Shown: piece by piece, positions 48,561 to 59,331 of the stretch | Numbering within the stretch: position 1 is the stretch's first letter | Layout: the number at the start of each line of letters is the position of its first letter | Assembly: GCA_028711655.1 (NCBI GenBank) | Contig: JAQTRU010000001.1 | Span: 6,648-70,647, forward strand | DNA from: Patescibacteria group bacterium | GTDB taxonomy: Bacteria > Patescibacteriota > Patescibacteriia > Patescibacteriales > JAQTRU01 | Direction of reading: 5' to 3' | Length of the DNA: 64,000 nt | Notes under the pieces: model-generated | What the model saw: only the letters and a program-made list of their open reading frames with translations | What the model was told of the DNA's origin: nothing | Databases searched by the model: none | Position numbers and translations under genes: made by a program

Positions 48561-48573
48561 CTAATATAAACCT

Positions 48574-49821
48574 ATGCTATCTTATAAAAATTTATCAAAA
48601 AATGATCCGGAAATATTTTCCGCGGTGAAAAAGGAAATGAAAAGGCAAAGCGAGGAAATGGAATTAATCGCCTCGGAAAATTATGTTTCCAAAGCGGTCC
48701 TGGAAACCATGGGCACGGTCCTAACCAATAAATACAGCGAAGGCTACCCGGGCCACCGCTATTATGGCGGCAACCAGATTATTGACGAGGTAGAAACCCT
48801 TGCTATTGAGCGGGCGAAAAAATTATTTTCCGCCGAGCATGCCAATGTCCAGCCCCTTTCCGGCTCCCCGGCTAACGCCGCCGTTTATTTCGCTTTTATA
48901 AAACCCGGAGATAAAGTTTTGGGCTTAAGGCTTGACCACGGAGGTCATCTTTCTCACGGCCACCCCATAAATTTTTCCGGCATGCTCTATAATTTCGTCC
49001 AATACGAGGTGGACGCCGAAACCGGACGCCTGGATATGGAAAAAGTCAGGGAAGTGGCTTTACGGGAAAAACCAAAAATGATTGTGGCTGGCTACAGCGC
49101 TTACTCGCGAGAAATCGACTGGCAAAAATTTAAGGAAATCGCTGACGAAGTCGGGGCTTTTACTTTTGCCGATATTGCCCATACCGCCGGTTTAATCGCG
49201 GCCGGTTTGATGAACAATCCGGTGCCGATTTTTGATGTTGTCACCACCACCATCCACAAAACTTTGCGCGGCCCCAGGGGCGCCATGATAATGTGCAAGG
49301 AAAAATACGCCAAGCAGGTTAACCGGGCGGTTTTCCCCGGCATGCAGGGCGGTCCCCATGACCATATTCAGGCCGCCAAGGCGGTCGCCTTTGGCGAGGC
49401 CTTAAAGCCGGAATTTAAAGAATACGCTATGCAGGTTATGATGAACGCGAGGATCCTGGCCCGGGAATTCCTAAACATGGGGTATGAAATAGTTTCTGGA
49501 GGCACGGATAACCACCTGATGGTCGTAGACATGACCTCAAAAGGCTTAAATGGAAAAGAAGCCGAAGATATTTTAAATGAAGTCGGAATTTCTGTAAGCC
49601 GCTCTACAATTCCCAATGATCCCAACCCGCCCATGAAGCCGTCCGGCGTCAGATTCGGCACCCCGGCCATTACCACTCGCGGCATGAAAGAAAAAGAAGT
49701 GAAACAAATTGCCGCCTGGGTTAATGAAACATTAGACAATAGAAATGACGAAAAAATTTTGGATAAAATAAAAAAGGAAGTGAGAAAAATGTGCTTAAAT
49801 TTTCCCATCCCAAGCATCTAA
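48574..49821 (+). CDS. glyA: Serine hydroxymethyltransferase
   Basis: HLSHGHPINFSG ... VTTTIHKTLRGPRGA (PLP-Lys). Confidence 0.9.
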   Translation: MLSYKNLSKNDPEIFSAVKKEMKRQSEEMELIASENYVSKAVLETMGTVLTNKYSEGYPGHRYYGGNQIIDEVETLAIERAKKLFSAEHANVQPLSGSPANAAVYFAFIKPGDKVLGLRLDHGGHLSHGHPINFSGMLYNFVQYEVDAETGRLDMEKVREVALREKPKMIVAGYSAYSREIDWQKFKEIADEVGAFTFADIAHTAGLIAAGLMNNPVPIFDVVTTTIHKTLRGPRGAMIMCKEKYAKQVNRAVFPGMQGGPHDHIQAAKAVAFGEALKPEFKEYAMQVMMNARILAREFLNMGYEIVSGGTDNHLMVVDMTSKGLNGKEAEDILNEVGISVSRSTIPNDPNPPMKPSGVRFGTPAITTRGMKEKEVKQIAAWVNETLDNRNDEKILDKIKKEVRKMCLNFPIPSI

Positions 49822-49825
49822 ATAT

Positions 49826-49930
49826 ATTTATTACAAATACACAAATATTATCACAAATAACACAAATAAAAAAAGATGCTGTATAAAATTTGTGAATTTG
49901 CGTTTTGATTTGTGAATTTGTAATTATATT
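49826..49930. repeat. acaaata / tttgtga palindromic array ending 3 nt before the folD ATG
   Basis: ttacaaatacacaaatattatcacaaataacacaaataaa ... tttgtgaatttgcgttttgatttgtgaatttgtaatt. Confidence 0.75.
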
Positions 49931-49932
49931 TT

Positions 49933-50802
49933 ATGCCCGCAAAAATAATTGACGGCCAGATCCTGGCGAAAAAAATTAAAGACCAGCTCGTAAAAGAAAT
50001 CCTTAAACTTAATGATAACAAGCCGGATTGCCAAAAACGTCCCAATCTGGCAATTATTTTAGTTGGGGACCGGGAGGATTCAAAACTTTATGTTGGCCTG
50101 AAAGAAAGAGAAGCAAAAAAAGTTGGAATTGATACTCATATTTACAGATGCCCGGATAACACAGAAGAAAAAAAAATTTTAGAAACCATAGAATGCTTAA
50201 ATAAAGATAAATTAATTGACGGAATTTTAGTCCAGCTCCCCCTGCCTGTTGGTTTTGACACTAATAAAATCATAAAAACGATAAATCCGGAAAAGGATGT
50301 GGATTGCTTCCATCCGGAAAATTTAAAGATAATTTTAGGAAGCTGCCGCCATAATCATATTTTATCACCTGTTTTTTCGGCCGTTCTGGAAATGTTAAAA
50401 AACATTAATTGCCAGTTAAAAGGCAAGCAAGTTTGTATTATAGCCAACTCGGATATCTTTGGTAAAAGTTTAGCTAAAATTCTTGAGTGCCAAGGAGCAA
50501 AAGTGAAAATCGCCAAGGCCAACGACCAGAACCTGGCCAGCAAGACAAGCCAAGCCGATGTTTTAATTACGGCGATCGGCAAGCCAAGGTTTATAAAAAA
50601 AAATATGGTAAAAAAAGAAGTGGTGGTGATTGATATAGGCATAACAAAAGAAGGTGAAAAAGTTTGCGGCGATGTTGACTTTGCCGAAGTTAAAAATAAA
50701 GCTGGTTATATTACGCCTGTGCCGGGCGGTGTTGGGCCCTTGACTATAGCCATGCTATTTAGAAATACTCTAGAGTTATACAAGAATAAAATAACAAAAT
50801 AG
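49933..50802 (+). CDS. folD: Methylene-THF dehydrogenase / methenyl-THF cyclohydrolase
   Basis: VQLPLP ... PVPGGVGPLTIAML. Confidence 0.85.
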   Translation: MPAKIIDGQILAKKIKDQLVKEILKLNDNKPDCQKRPNLAIILVGDREDSKLYVGLKEREAKKVGIDTHIYRCPDNTEEKKILETIECLNKDKLIDGILVQLPLPVGFDTNKIIKTINPEKDVDCFHPENLKIILGSCRHNHILSPVFSAVLEMLKNINCQLKGKQVCIIANSDIFGKSLAKILECQGAKVKIAKANDQNLASKTSQADVLITAIGKPRFIKKNMVKKEVVVIDIGITKEGEKVCGDVDFAEVKNKAGYITPVPGGVGPLTIAMLFRNTLELYKNKITK

Positions 50803-50903
50803 CTTAAATAATAAAATATTAAAATAATATGAAAATAAAATAAAAAGATAAGAAGTGCTATTTTTAAATTATTTTATTATTTTTTTATTTTATTTTTAAA
50901 ACC

Positions 50904-52181
50904 ATGAACCAATACGAACAATGCTTGGAACAGCTTGATAGAATCTGCGCCATTATAAAAAAAATGGAAAATGCCAGCGAAGCGGCGGAACTTACTTCCC
51001 GAGAAGCGGAAATTTTAAAGCATCCCAACCGAGTAACCGAAGTTTCCATTCCGGTTAAAATGGATAACGGGGATTTAAAAATTTTTACCGGCTACCGCGT
51101 CCAACATTCAAACGCCCGCGGTCCTTATAAGGGCGGAATCCGTTTTCATCCCCAGGTTGACTTGAATGAAGTTAAATCTCTGGCTTTCTGGATGACGATA
51201 AAATGCGCCGCTGCGGATATCCCCTACGGCGGAGCTAAGGGCGGCATAACCGTCGACTCAAAAAATTTAAGTGCAGGAGAACTGGAAAGATTAACCAGGG
51301 GATATGTCCGGGCCATTGCCAATATTGTCGGACCGGATATTGATATCCCGGCTCCGGACGTTTACACTAATCCGCAGATTATGGCTTGGTTTATGGATGA
51401 ATACAGCCGAATCCAAGGCAGAAACATGCCGGCCGTGGTTACGGGCAAACCGGTTGAAGTCGGCGGCTCCTTAGGCCGGGACAACGCCACGGGTCAGGGC
51501 GGATTTTATGTTTTAGAAGAGGTCTTAAAAAAAATCCAAAATTTTTCCGGCGGGGGAAATAAAAAAGATATCACCATTGCTGTCCAAGGTTTTGGCAATG
51601 TCGGTTTGAATTTTGCCAAAATAGCCCATGACGCCGGTTACCGGGTCGTAGCTGTTTCCGATTCAAAAGGCGGAATCTATAATGAAGAAGGCCTTGATAT
51701 TGAAAAAGTCATAGAGCATAAAAACGCCAACGGCTCGGTTCTTGACTTCCCCGGCGCCAAAAATATTTCCAACGAAGAAATTCTAACTTTGCCCGTGACA
51801 ATTTTAGCCCCAGCCGCTTTTGAAAATGTTATTACTATGGAAATGGTTAATGATATAAAAGCCAAAATCATCCTAGAACTAGCCAACGGCCCGATGAAAA
51901 TAGAAGTAAGCGAAGCTTTGGCGGAAAAAGATATTTTAATTATCCCGGATGTTTTAGCCAATGCCGGCGGCGTAATTGTTTCTTATTTTGAATGGGTGCA
52001 GAATCTCCGGCAGTATTACTGGGAATTGGAAAAAGTGCAAAGCCGGTTAAAAGAAAAAATAACCCAAGCCACCAGTTTAATTTGGGAAACTAAAGAAAGA
52101 TATGGGGTGGATATGCGCACCGCCGCCTATATCGTAGCGGTGGAAAGATTGCGGAAAGCCATAAAGATGAGAGGCATCTAG
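50904..52181 (+). CDS. gdhA: Glutamate dehydrogenase
   Basis: GYRVQHSNARGPYKGGIRFHP ... GFGNVG. Confidence 0.85.
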   Translation: MNQYEQCLEQLDRICAIIKKMENASEAAELTSREAEILKHPNRVTEVSIPVKMDNGDLKIFTGYRVQHSNARGPYKGGIRFHPQVDLNEVKSLAFWMTIKCAAADIPYGGAKGGITVDSKNLSAGELERLTRGYVRAIANIVGPDIDIPAPDVYTNPQIMAWFMDEYSRIQGRNMPAVVTGKPVEVGGSLGRDNATGQGGFYVLEEVLKKIQNFSGGGNKKDITIAVQGFGNVGLNFAKIAHDAGYRVVAVSDSKGGIYNEEGLDIEKVIEHKNANGSVLDFPGAKNISNEEILTLPVTILAPAAFENVITMEMVNDIKAKIILELANGPMKIEVSEALAEKDILIIPDVLANAGGVIVSYFEWVQNLRQYYWELEKVQSRLKEKITQATSLIWETKERYGVDMRTAAYIVAVERLRKAIKMRGI

Positions 52182-52240
52182 CCACGGACTTATGCGGACT
52201 GACGCGGACTCAAGCGGAAATTAAAATAAAAAAGCCCGGC

Positions 52241-53146
52241 CTAAACGGCTGGGCTTTGCGTTTTTAAAAAACTCCTTACAATTTTTTGCGGACGAAGGGG
52301 ATAACAGAAAAAAACACTCACGAAGACGGTTGCGTCTGCTCCGGCATCAAAAAATTCTTGGCAATCATCCGCGGTATAAATTCCGCCTCCTCCGAATATC
52401 GGAATGCAGATTTGCGGCCGGACTTTTCTAATAACCTCCAAAGCGATTGGCTTGATAGCGCGTCCGGAAAGCCCGCATTCGCCGAAACCGAGTACAAATT
52501 GAGGAACGGTATTTATCAGGCTGACGGCGTTAAACCCGCACTTTTCCGCAATTATCACTCTTTCAATAATATCTCCGGTCGGACCGAATTTGGCGATAAG
52601 CGGATGTTGGCTGAATTTCCTGGCTTCTCTCATAAAATCTTCTATTATCCGCAAATCATCTCGGGATAATATTTTGACATGCGGACAAGAGAAATTAATT
52701 TCAATCGCCAAGATATTAAGAGGGTTCAGCATTTCCAACATCCACAACAAGCTTTTGATATCTTTTAAATCAAAAACACCGATTGAAACTACTAGGTTTT
52801 TCAGCCCGATTCCGGGATAAAGAGAAATGAATTTATCAAGGCCGAAATTATTCCAGCCGAACCGGTTTAGCCATCCATTCTCCGCCGGACGCAAAACTTC
52901 CCACGGTTTCCACCAGCGATAATTCCCCTTCCATGGAGGCAAGGTGAGGGTTTTCGTAATTACTGCTCCGAAAATTTCCCAATTCATCAAATGAAAAAAA
53001 CATAATAAAAAACTTAACGGATTTTCATACAGCTCGTATCCCAAGCCATACTTAGCCGGTCCGGAACCGACAATAAAACGATTCTTCATTTTTATGCCGT
53101 TCAAATCTATCATGTCGCCCTCTCTTTTTTTTGTAAAAAGAACCAA
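52241..53146 (-). CDS. pyrD: Dihydroorotate dehydrogenase-like flavoprotein (PyrD family, class 1-like)
   Basis: NRFIVGSGP ... EINFSCPH ... IFGGGGI..GADAT. Confidence 0.6.
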   Translation of the reverse strand: MVLFTKKREGDMIDLNGIKMKNRFIVGSGPAKYGLGYELYENPLSFLLCFFHLMNWEIFGAVITKTLTLPPWKGNYRWWKPWEVLRPAENGWLNRFGWNNFGLDKFISLYPGIGLKNLVVSIGVFDLKDIKSLLWMLEMLNPLNILAIEINFSCPHVKILSRDDLRIIEDFMREARKFSQHPLIAKFGPTGDIIERVIIAEKCGFNAVSLINTVPQFVLGFGECGLSGRAIKPIALEVIRKVRPQICIPIFGGGGIYTADDCQEFFDAGADATVFVSVFFCYPLRPQKIVRSFLKTQSPAV

Positions 53147-53200
53147 AATTGCCTCCTCTTTCCTAATCTGCTAATATTAAGTTAGTTTAATAGAAAAATT

Positions 53201-53229
53201 TTGTCAACAGGAGAATGGCTAAGTATAAT
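53201..53229 (+). promoter_or_regulatory. recQ promoter
   Basis: TTGTCA-17 nt-TATAAT. Confidence 0.6.
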
Positions 53230-53259
53230 TTGTAAATTTGTAAAAGATTTGTAATTTGT

Positions 53260-55374
53260 ATGAATATAAAAAAACAACAACTTCTGGAACTCCTTGAAAT
53301 CCATTATGGTTTTAAAAATTTCTGGCCGGGCCAGGAAAAAGCCATTGATAATATTTTAGCCGGTTTAAGTTCGGTCGTTATTATGCCGACCGGCGGGGGC
53401 AAATCTTTAATTTACCAACTCCCGGCTCTAATCTTGGACGGAGTCACGATTGTTATTTCTCCTTTAATCGCTTTAATGAAAGACCAGGTGGACAATTTGA
53501 AAAAAGTCGGCATCCCGGCCAATTTTGTCAATTCTTCAATTTCTCCCGATGAGACTTATGAACGGCTGGAAGAGGTGAAAAAAAATCAGTATAAGCTTCT
53601 TTTTATTGCCCCGGAAAGATTTTATAATCAGGAATTCGTAAAAACCCTAACGGACATCAAAGTAAGTTTATTTGCCATAGACGAAGCTCATTGCATCAGC
53701 CAATGGGGACATGATTTCCGTCCCAGTTATTTAAAGTTAAAGAACGCCCTTGACCTAATTGGCAATCCGCCGGTGGTGGCTTTAACCGCGACCGCCACGC
53801 CGGAAGTCCGGGAAGATATTGTAAAGCAGCTTAATTTAAAAAACCCGGAACTGATAATAACCGGCTTTGCCCGGCCAAACCTCCAATTCGGAGTTATTCA
53901 AGCCAGTGACGCGCAAAAACCCAGTCTGGTTTTGGATGCTTTAAAATCTACCGAAGGATCCGGAATTGTTTATGTGGGCACCCGAGCCAAAGCCGATGAC
54001 TTGGCCCGGACTTTGCTGGAAGAAGATATTCCGGCCGTGGTCTATCATGCCGGCATGGATCCTTCTGACAGAACCTGGGTGCAGGAAAATTTTATGGCGG
54101 GAAAAGTAAAGGTAATTGTGGCCACTAACGCTTTTGGCTTGGGAATTGATAAAAAAGATATCCGCTTTGTCATCCATTATGACATGCCCGGAACGATCGA
54201 AGCTTATTATCAGGAAGCGGGCCGGGCGGGGCGGGACGGCAAACCCAGCTTTTGCCTCCTTCTTTACTCTCCCCGCGACCGTTATTTGCGCGAATTCTTT
54301 ATCAAAGGCGATAACCCTCCGCCTAATATCATCTTGGAAATCTACAAAATTTTAACTGACTACGAGTCAGATACGGTTTTAATCACTTATGCCGACTTGG
54401 CCGAAATGCTTTCAGACAACGTCCCGGAAATGGCTATCGGCACCTCTTTAAAAATCCTGGAACGGGAAGGATATATCAGCCGGCCCAACGAAAAAACCGC
54501 TAATGCTTTTTTAAAGCTAAGCAAGGATTTTGCCTCTGTTCTAGACTCCTTTGGCAGCCGGGCTAAAACCAAAATTGATATATTCCACAAGCTCTATGAC
54601 CGCTTCGGGCAAGATTTAGAAGCTGGCTGGAATTTTTCTTTTGAAGAAGCCGCCGGCATGATTAAAGTAAAAAAGGAGTCTTTTGTCCGTTTAGCGCGCC
54701 ATCTGGCGGAAAATAATTTAGCCGAATATCAACCGCCGTTTCGGGGAACAGAAATTAACATTTTAAAAAGGGTTGATCCGGGCGAACTAAAAATTGATTT
54801 CACCGCCTTAAAAGAAAAATTAAAAAGAGCTTATGCCAAGTTGGACAAAATGGAAGACTATATTTATTATTTTGGCTGTCGGCAGGAATATATTTTGAAA
54901 TATTTCGGGGACGCCAATGCCAAAACCTGCGGAAAATGCGATAACTGCTTAACTGCCGGCGGCTACGAAAGGAAGCGCCAACAGCCGCGGGGAAAAAATC
55001 GTGAGGAAAAAATTTCTAAAAATAATTTGGATGACATGGTGGAAAAACCGAGTTCCAAACCGGCCTTGAGCACGAAATTAACCCAGCTGGAAACTTTTGA
55101 CTTATACAATAAAGGCCTGGCGATTGAGGCTATTGCCGAGGAGCGGAAATTAACCGTTGGCACAATTGTCGGGCATCTTATTTTTTTAATGGAAAAGAAA
55201 CTAATTAGATTTGAAGAGATTAATAAATTAGTTGACAATAATAAGCAAAAAAAAATAAAAGCCGCTATAGCCAAAGTCGGCGCGGAAAAATTAAACCCAA
55301 TAAAGGAAATCGTCGGGGAAGAAATCAGCTACGAAGAAATAAAATTAGTTTTAGCAAAAAAGAAAAATTCTTAA
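53260..55374 (+). CDS. recQ: ATP-dependent DNA helicase RecQ
   Basis: [14 protein letters not shown], Zn-binding Cys cluster [12 protein letters not shown]...CGKCDNC, and HRDC-like C-terminus. Confidence 0.9.
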   Translation: MNIKKQQLLELLEIHYGFKNFWPGQEKAIDNILAGLSSVVIMPTGGGKSLIYQLPALILDGVTIVISPLIALMKDQVDNLKKVGIPANFVNSSISPDETYERLEEVKKNQYKLLFIAPERFYNQEFVKTLTDIKVSLFAIDEAHCISQWGHDFRPSYLKLKNALDLIGNPPVVALTATATPEVREDIVKQLNLKNPELIITGFARPNLQFGVIQASDAQKPSLVLDALKSTEGSGIVYVGTRAKADDLARTLLEEDIPAVVYHAGMDPSDRTWVQENFMAGKVKVIVATNAFGLGIDKKDIRFVIHYDMPGTIEAYYQEAGRAGRDGKPSFCLLLYSPRDRYLREFFIKGDNPPPNIILEIYKILTDYESDTVLITYADLAEMLSDNVPEMAIGTSLKILEREGYISRPNEKTANAFLKLSKDFASVLDSFGSRAKTKIDIFHKLYDRFGQDLEAGWNFSFEEAAGMIKVKKESFVRLARHLAENNLAEYQPPFRGTEINILKRVDPGELKIDFTALKEKLKRAYAKLDKMEDYIYYFGCRQEYILKYFGDANAKTCGKCDNCLTAGGYERKRQQPRGKNREEKISKNNLDDMVEKPSSKPALSTKLTQLETFDLYNKGLAIEAIAEERKLTVGTIVGHLIFLMEKKLIRFEEINKLVDNNKQKKIKAAIAKVGAEKLNPIKEIVGEEISYEEIKLVLAKKKNS

Positions 55375-55388
55375 TTTTTTAGAAATTT

Positions 55389-55423
55389 AGGGACTTAGTC
55401 GCCACAAAGGCGACTAAGTCCCT
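55389..55423. repeat. REP-like palindrome R2 copy
   Basis: AGGGACTTAGTCGCCacaaaGGCGACTAAGTCCCT. Confidence 0.8.
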
Positions 55424-55436
55424 TATAAATTCAAAC

Positions 55437-55465
55437 TTGACTTTCTGCCAAAATTAACCTAAAAT
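55437..55465 (+). promoter_or_regulatory. purM promoter
   Basis: TTGACT-17 nt-TAAAAT. Confidence 0.5.
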
Positions 55466-55544
55466 ACTATCAGATAACCAAGGGGGATTTATTAATCGCT
55501 CTTTTTATTTTTGCTTAAATCTAAAAACAGAAAAGAGGTGAGCC

Positions 55545-56762
55545 ATGCCAAGGGATGCTTACAAGAATGAAGTGATTGACCCGGGTGACCAGGCTTCGCA
55601 ATTGGCGAAAGAAGTATGCTTTGAGAGCCATAAAAATTGTCCGGCCGTTAGAATTATTGCCCATCAGCCAGGAAATTTCAGGGGGCCGGTTGGTTTTAAC
55701 TGGCAGCCGCATATCCTAAGAGCGATGGCCGAAGGAACGGAAATTTCCTGGAAACTGCTTGAGGAAATAGAAACTGACGGCGCTGGCGGCAAACCGCAAT
55801 TTTTCGCTCTTATCGGCACCCCTGAAGTCTTCCACGGTCTGGGGTGGGAAATTATTTGCATGACCGCCGATGATTTCACCCGGTCCGGAAGATTCCCGAC
55901 TATCATGAATAACACCATTGACACCAAGAGGGTAGTAGAAAAAAATTTCCATCTAGTAAAGGCCTTGTTCGAAGGCTTTGGGGAAGCTTTGCGAATAGCC
56001 GGTTTAGTTAATATTACCGGTGAATTCGCTATTATGAAACACAGTGTGACCGCTTTTTGCGACACCGACGAAGATGGCCAGTTAATCCTTAACTGGAGCG
56101 CGTCTTGCTTGGGCCTCTGCCATCATGACAGACTTATAGACGGCTCTAAAATCAAACCGGGTATGCCGATTATCGGGTTTGAAGAAAATGGCTATCGGTG
56201 CAACGGCGGTACTTTTTTCACTAATCTTATCCTCGCCCATTGGGGCCCGGATATAAAAAAAATTTTGGGAAACCAAACCGCCATTGAGTTTACCCGGAAA
56301 CTGACTGTTCCTTCGGTCTATTACGGGAAAACCTTAATAAGGGTGAATGGTTGGAATCCCGACGGCAGTATCGCAGATCCGATCGTAAACATGGCTGGTA
56401 TTGCCCACATCACCGGCGGAGGAATTTGGGGCAAATTCCGGGAACTTTTGCCGGAAGGTGTTGGGGCGAATCTGAACACAATGCCAAAACCTCCGGAAAT
56501 TTTGCGGGAAGCGCAAGAGCTGTCGTTGAGTCATAAGGGATTAGAGTTATCCGATCTTCAGGCCCATGGCACTTTTCACGGCGGTTGCGGAATGATCGTG
56601 GTTTGCGCCTCGGAAAAGGACGCTGACACTCTCATCGAAGAGGCCGCCAAAGACGGAATTCGAGCCAACAGAATTGGCGAAACTACTGAGTCGCCAATGC
56701 GAGAAGTTATAATCAACTCACAATTCAAAGAAGGCCGAATTCTTTCATCAAACGAACTGTAA
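55545..56762 (+). CDS. purM: AIR-synthetase-family protein (PurM-like), unusually long
   Basis: GEALRIAGLVNITGEFAIM ... AHITGGGIWGKFRELLPEG. Confidence 0.6.
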   Translation: MPRDAYKNEVIDPGDQASQLAKEVCFESHKNCPAVRIIAHQPGNFRGPVGFNWQPHILRAMAEGTEISWKLLEEIETDGAGGKPQFFALIGTPEVFHGLGWEIICMTADDFTRSGRFPTIMNNTIDTKRVVEKNFHLVKALFEGFGEALRIAGLVNITGEFAIMKHSVTAFCDTDEDGQLILNWSASCLGLCHHDRLIDGSKIKPGMPIIGFEENGYRCNGGTFFTNLILAHWGPDIKKILGNQTAIEFTRKLTVPSVYYGKTLIRVNGWNPDGSIADPIVNMAGIAHITGGGIWGKFRELLPEGVGANLNTMPKPPEILREAQELSLSHKGLELSDLQAHGTFHGGCGMIVVCASEKDADTLIEEAAKDGIRANRIGETTESPMREVIINSQFKEGRILSSNEL

Positions 56763-56777
56763 TTTACGGAACAAAAA

Positions 56778-56810
56778 AGAGGGCGGACTTGTTTTTCCGC
56801 CCTTTTCTTT
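56778..56810 (+). terminator. Terminator after purM
   Basis: agagggcggacttgtttttccgcccttttcttttt. Confidence 0.7.
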
Positions 56811-56916
56811 TTACCTGAAAAATGATAGTTTTAAATCAGACAACTTTTATTAATCTCCCGATTTACGCGTTCTTTCGCGCTGGTCCGTATAAGTCCGCGA
56901 AAATTCGCATAAGTCA

Positions 56917-57633
56917 ATGTCCGATATGGATAAGCAAACCCAAAAAAATCTGCTAAATCTGGTCAAAGCTAACTACGAGGAAATTTCTGGCCAATTTAAC
57001 CAAACCCGAAAAAAATATTTATGGCCGGAACTAATTAAGTTAACGGAAAAAATTAAAACCGGGGATAAAATTTTAGATGTGGGTTGCGGCAACGGCCGCT
57101 TGCTGGAAGCGTTTAAAAATAAAAGGATTGACTACTTGGGGATTGACTCTAGTGAAAATCTTATAGAACACGCCAAAAAACTTCATCCTAAAAATAAATT
57201 TATTGTCGGTGATATTTTGGATTTAGGCAAAATCCCGGAAATAAACTTTGATTATGTTTTCTCCATTGCCCTTTTTCATCATCTCCCCGGTGATGATTTA
57301 CGGATCGCCGCCTTAAGGCAGTTGAAAAATAAAGTGGGCGAAGAGGGAAAAATAATCATTGCGGTCTGGAATCTATGGAGCCAGGCGAAATTCAGAAAAT
57401 TAATTTTTAAATTCACTTTGCTCAAAATAATTAAAAAAAATCTGCCCGCGGGCAGAATGGATTTTGGCGATATTTTGTTTGACTGGAAAAGTCCGGATGG
57501 CAAGGCCCAAAGCCGACGCTACTACCATGCTTTCACAAAAATGGAATTAAGAAAAATCATAAAAAAAGCTGGTTTAAAAATTGAAAAACTATACAAAGAT
57601 AAATATAATTATTACGCGATTTTAAAAAAATAA
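56917..57633 (+). CDS. Class I SAM-dependent methyltransferase
   Basis: Motif I ILDVGCGNGRL. Confidence 0.7.
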   Translation: MSDMDKQTQKNLLNLVKANYEEISGQFNQTRKKYLWPELIKLTEKIKTGDKILDVGCGNGRLLEAFKNKRIDYLGIDSSENLIEHAKKLHPKNKFIVGDILDLGKIPEINFDYVFSIALFHHLPGDDLRIAALRQLKNKVGEEGKIIIAVWNLWSQAKFRKLIFKFTLLKIIKKNLPAGRMDFGDILFDWKSPDGKAQSRRYYHAFTKMELRKIIKKAGLKIEKLYKDKYNYYAILKK

Positions 57634-57671
57634 TTTAATTTAATGGCTCTTTCAACAACGGGAGGTATAAT

Positions 57672-58970
57672 ATGAAAGTTTTGGTCATCGGTTTAGGCGG
57701 GAGAGAAAGCTCTTTGGCACGGGAAATTCGTAAATCAAGTTTGGTGGACAGAATTTTCTGCGCTCCGGGGAATGCTGGCACCGGCCAAATAGCCAGAAAT
57801 GTTGCTATTGGAGCAAACGAAATCCAAAAACTGGCAGAATTCGCCCAAGCAGAGGCAATTGATTTAACAATTGTCGGCCCGGAAGTGCCTTTAGTCAACG
57901 GCATTGTGGACAAATTTACGGCCGCGGGTTTACTGATTTTTGGACCATCAAAAAAAGCGGCCCGGCTGGAAAGCTCAAAAGTTTTTACTAAACAGCTCCT
58001 TAGAGAGATTGGGGTGCCGACAGCGGAATTTGAGGTATTTACCGATGCTAGCATGGCCGCTAGCAGGATTGGCCGTTGTTTAAGAAACTTCGGATTGCCA
58101 ATAGTAATAAAAGTTGATGGTTTAGCCGCCGGCAAAGGGGCGATGGTATGTCATACTGCAGAAGAAGTCTCTGCGGTTTTGGTTAGGATCAAGGGAGGAG
58201 AATTTGGCCCAGCTGGAAAAAAATTCCTGATAGAAAAATTTCTCCCCGGCGAAGAGATTTCCTACATTGTCTTGGTTGACAAAAATGGGCATATTCTCCC
58301 GCTCGCCACATCGCAAGACCACAAAACTATTTTTGATCATGATAGCGGAATATTCCCAAATCCCAATACCGGGGGCATGGGAGCTATTTCACCATCTCCG
58401 ATTGTAACTCCGGAACTGGAAAAACTAATTCTCGCCGAAATTATCAGACCCACCATTGAAGCCATGGCGAAAAAAGGCATCCCTTTTACCGGCGTGCTTT
58501 ATGCCGGTCTGATGATTGATGAGGCGGGCAATCCGAGTGTTTTGGAGTTTAATTGCCGTTTTGGCGACCCGGAAACCCAGCCAATTTTGGCCCGGATGAG
58601 ATCTGATCTAATTGACGTTATCTTAAAAGCTCTAGAAGGTAATTTGGATAAAGTCAAAATAGATTGGGACCCCAGACCGGCAGTTTGCGTAGTAATGGCT
58701 TCCGACGGTTACCCCGGTACCTACGAAAAGGGTTACCTAATTTCCGGCCTTAAAGAAGCGGCAAAAACCGGATCTATAATTGACCACGCCGGAACAGCTT
58801 TAGACCGCCACGGCAGAATCATAACTGCCGGCGGAAGAGTCCTTGGAGTAACAGCCCTGGGAGACGATTTTCAGCAAGCGCGAACAAACGCTTACCAGGC
58901 GGTAAAAAAAATATCTTGGCCCGGATGTCACTTCCGGCAAGATATCGGCTGGCAAGGGTTTGAAAAATAA
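57672..58970 (+). CDS. purD: Phosphoribosylamine--glycine ligase
   Basis: MKVLVIGLGGRESSLA, ATP-grasp, C-terminus RVLGVTALG. Confidence 0.9.
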   Translation: MKVLVIGLGGRESSLAREIRKSSLVDRIFCAPGNAGTGQIARNVAIGANEIQKLAEFAQAEAIDLTIVGPEVPLVNGIVDKFTAAGLLIFGPSKKAARLESSKVFTKQLLREIGVPTAEFEVFTDASMAASRIGRCLRNFGLPIVIKVDGLAAGKGAMVCHTAEEVSAVLVRIKGGEFGPAGKKFLIEKFLPGEEISYIVLVDKNGHILPLATSQDHKTIFDHDSGIFPNPNTGGMGAISPSPIVTPELEKLILAEIIRPTIEAMAKKGIPFTGVLYAGLMIDEAGNPSVLEFNCRFGDPETQPILARMRSDLIDVILKALEGNLDKVKIDWDPRPAVCVVMASDGYPGTYEKGYLISGLKEAAKTGSIIDHAGTALDRHGRIITAGGRVLGVTALGDDFQQARTNAYQAVKKISWPGCHFRQDIGWQGFEK

Positions 58971-59032
58971 TAAGTTTTTTCAGAAAACAAAAAGCAGCCC
59001 TTAATAGCCATAGGCTGCTTTTTTTAATTTTT

Positions 59033-59329
59033 TTAGTTTCTCAACTCCCCTAAAACTTCCTTTATATCTTTTAAATCCCCTTCTGTTAAGCCCAGTTTTA
59101 ACCGATTCTGATAAAGCCGGTATGATTCATTCCTTAAATTAACGGAAGAAATGCCAATTCCCTTCCTTAAGTAAGACTTATATTTTTTCACTAAATCCAA
59201 AATAATTTTTCTATTGGCGCTTCCTAAATTTCTGTAACGATAATTATTTCTTACCAGCTCATTCAATTTCCTTTCAAATTCATAATCTTTTAAATTTTTG
59301 GCGTTAGCCATTAAATCTTTTATATCCAT
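59033..59329 (-). CDS. Hypothetical 98-aa protein
   Basis: ORF with a 35-bp perfect palindrome abutting its start codon. Confidence 0.4.
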   Translation of the reverse strand: MDIKDLMANAKNLKDYEFERKLNELVRNNYRYRNLGSANRKIILDLVKKYKSYLRKGIGISSVNLRNESYRLYQNRLKLGLTEGDLKDIKEVLGELRN

Positions 59330-59331
59330 AA

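Noticed and set aside
57635-58135. 166-aa ORF on the minus strand
   Set aside because: Lies entirely antisense within purD, which has strong family motifs; Ala/Gly/Pro-rich translation typical of a mirror frame.
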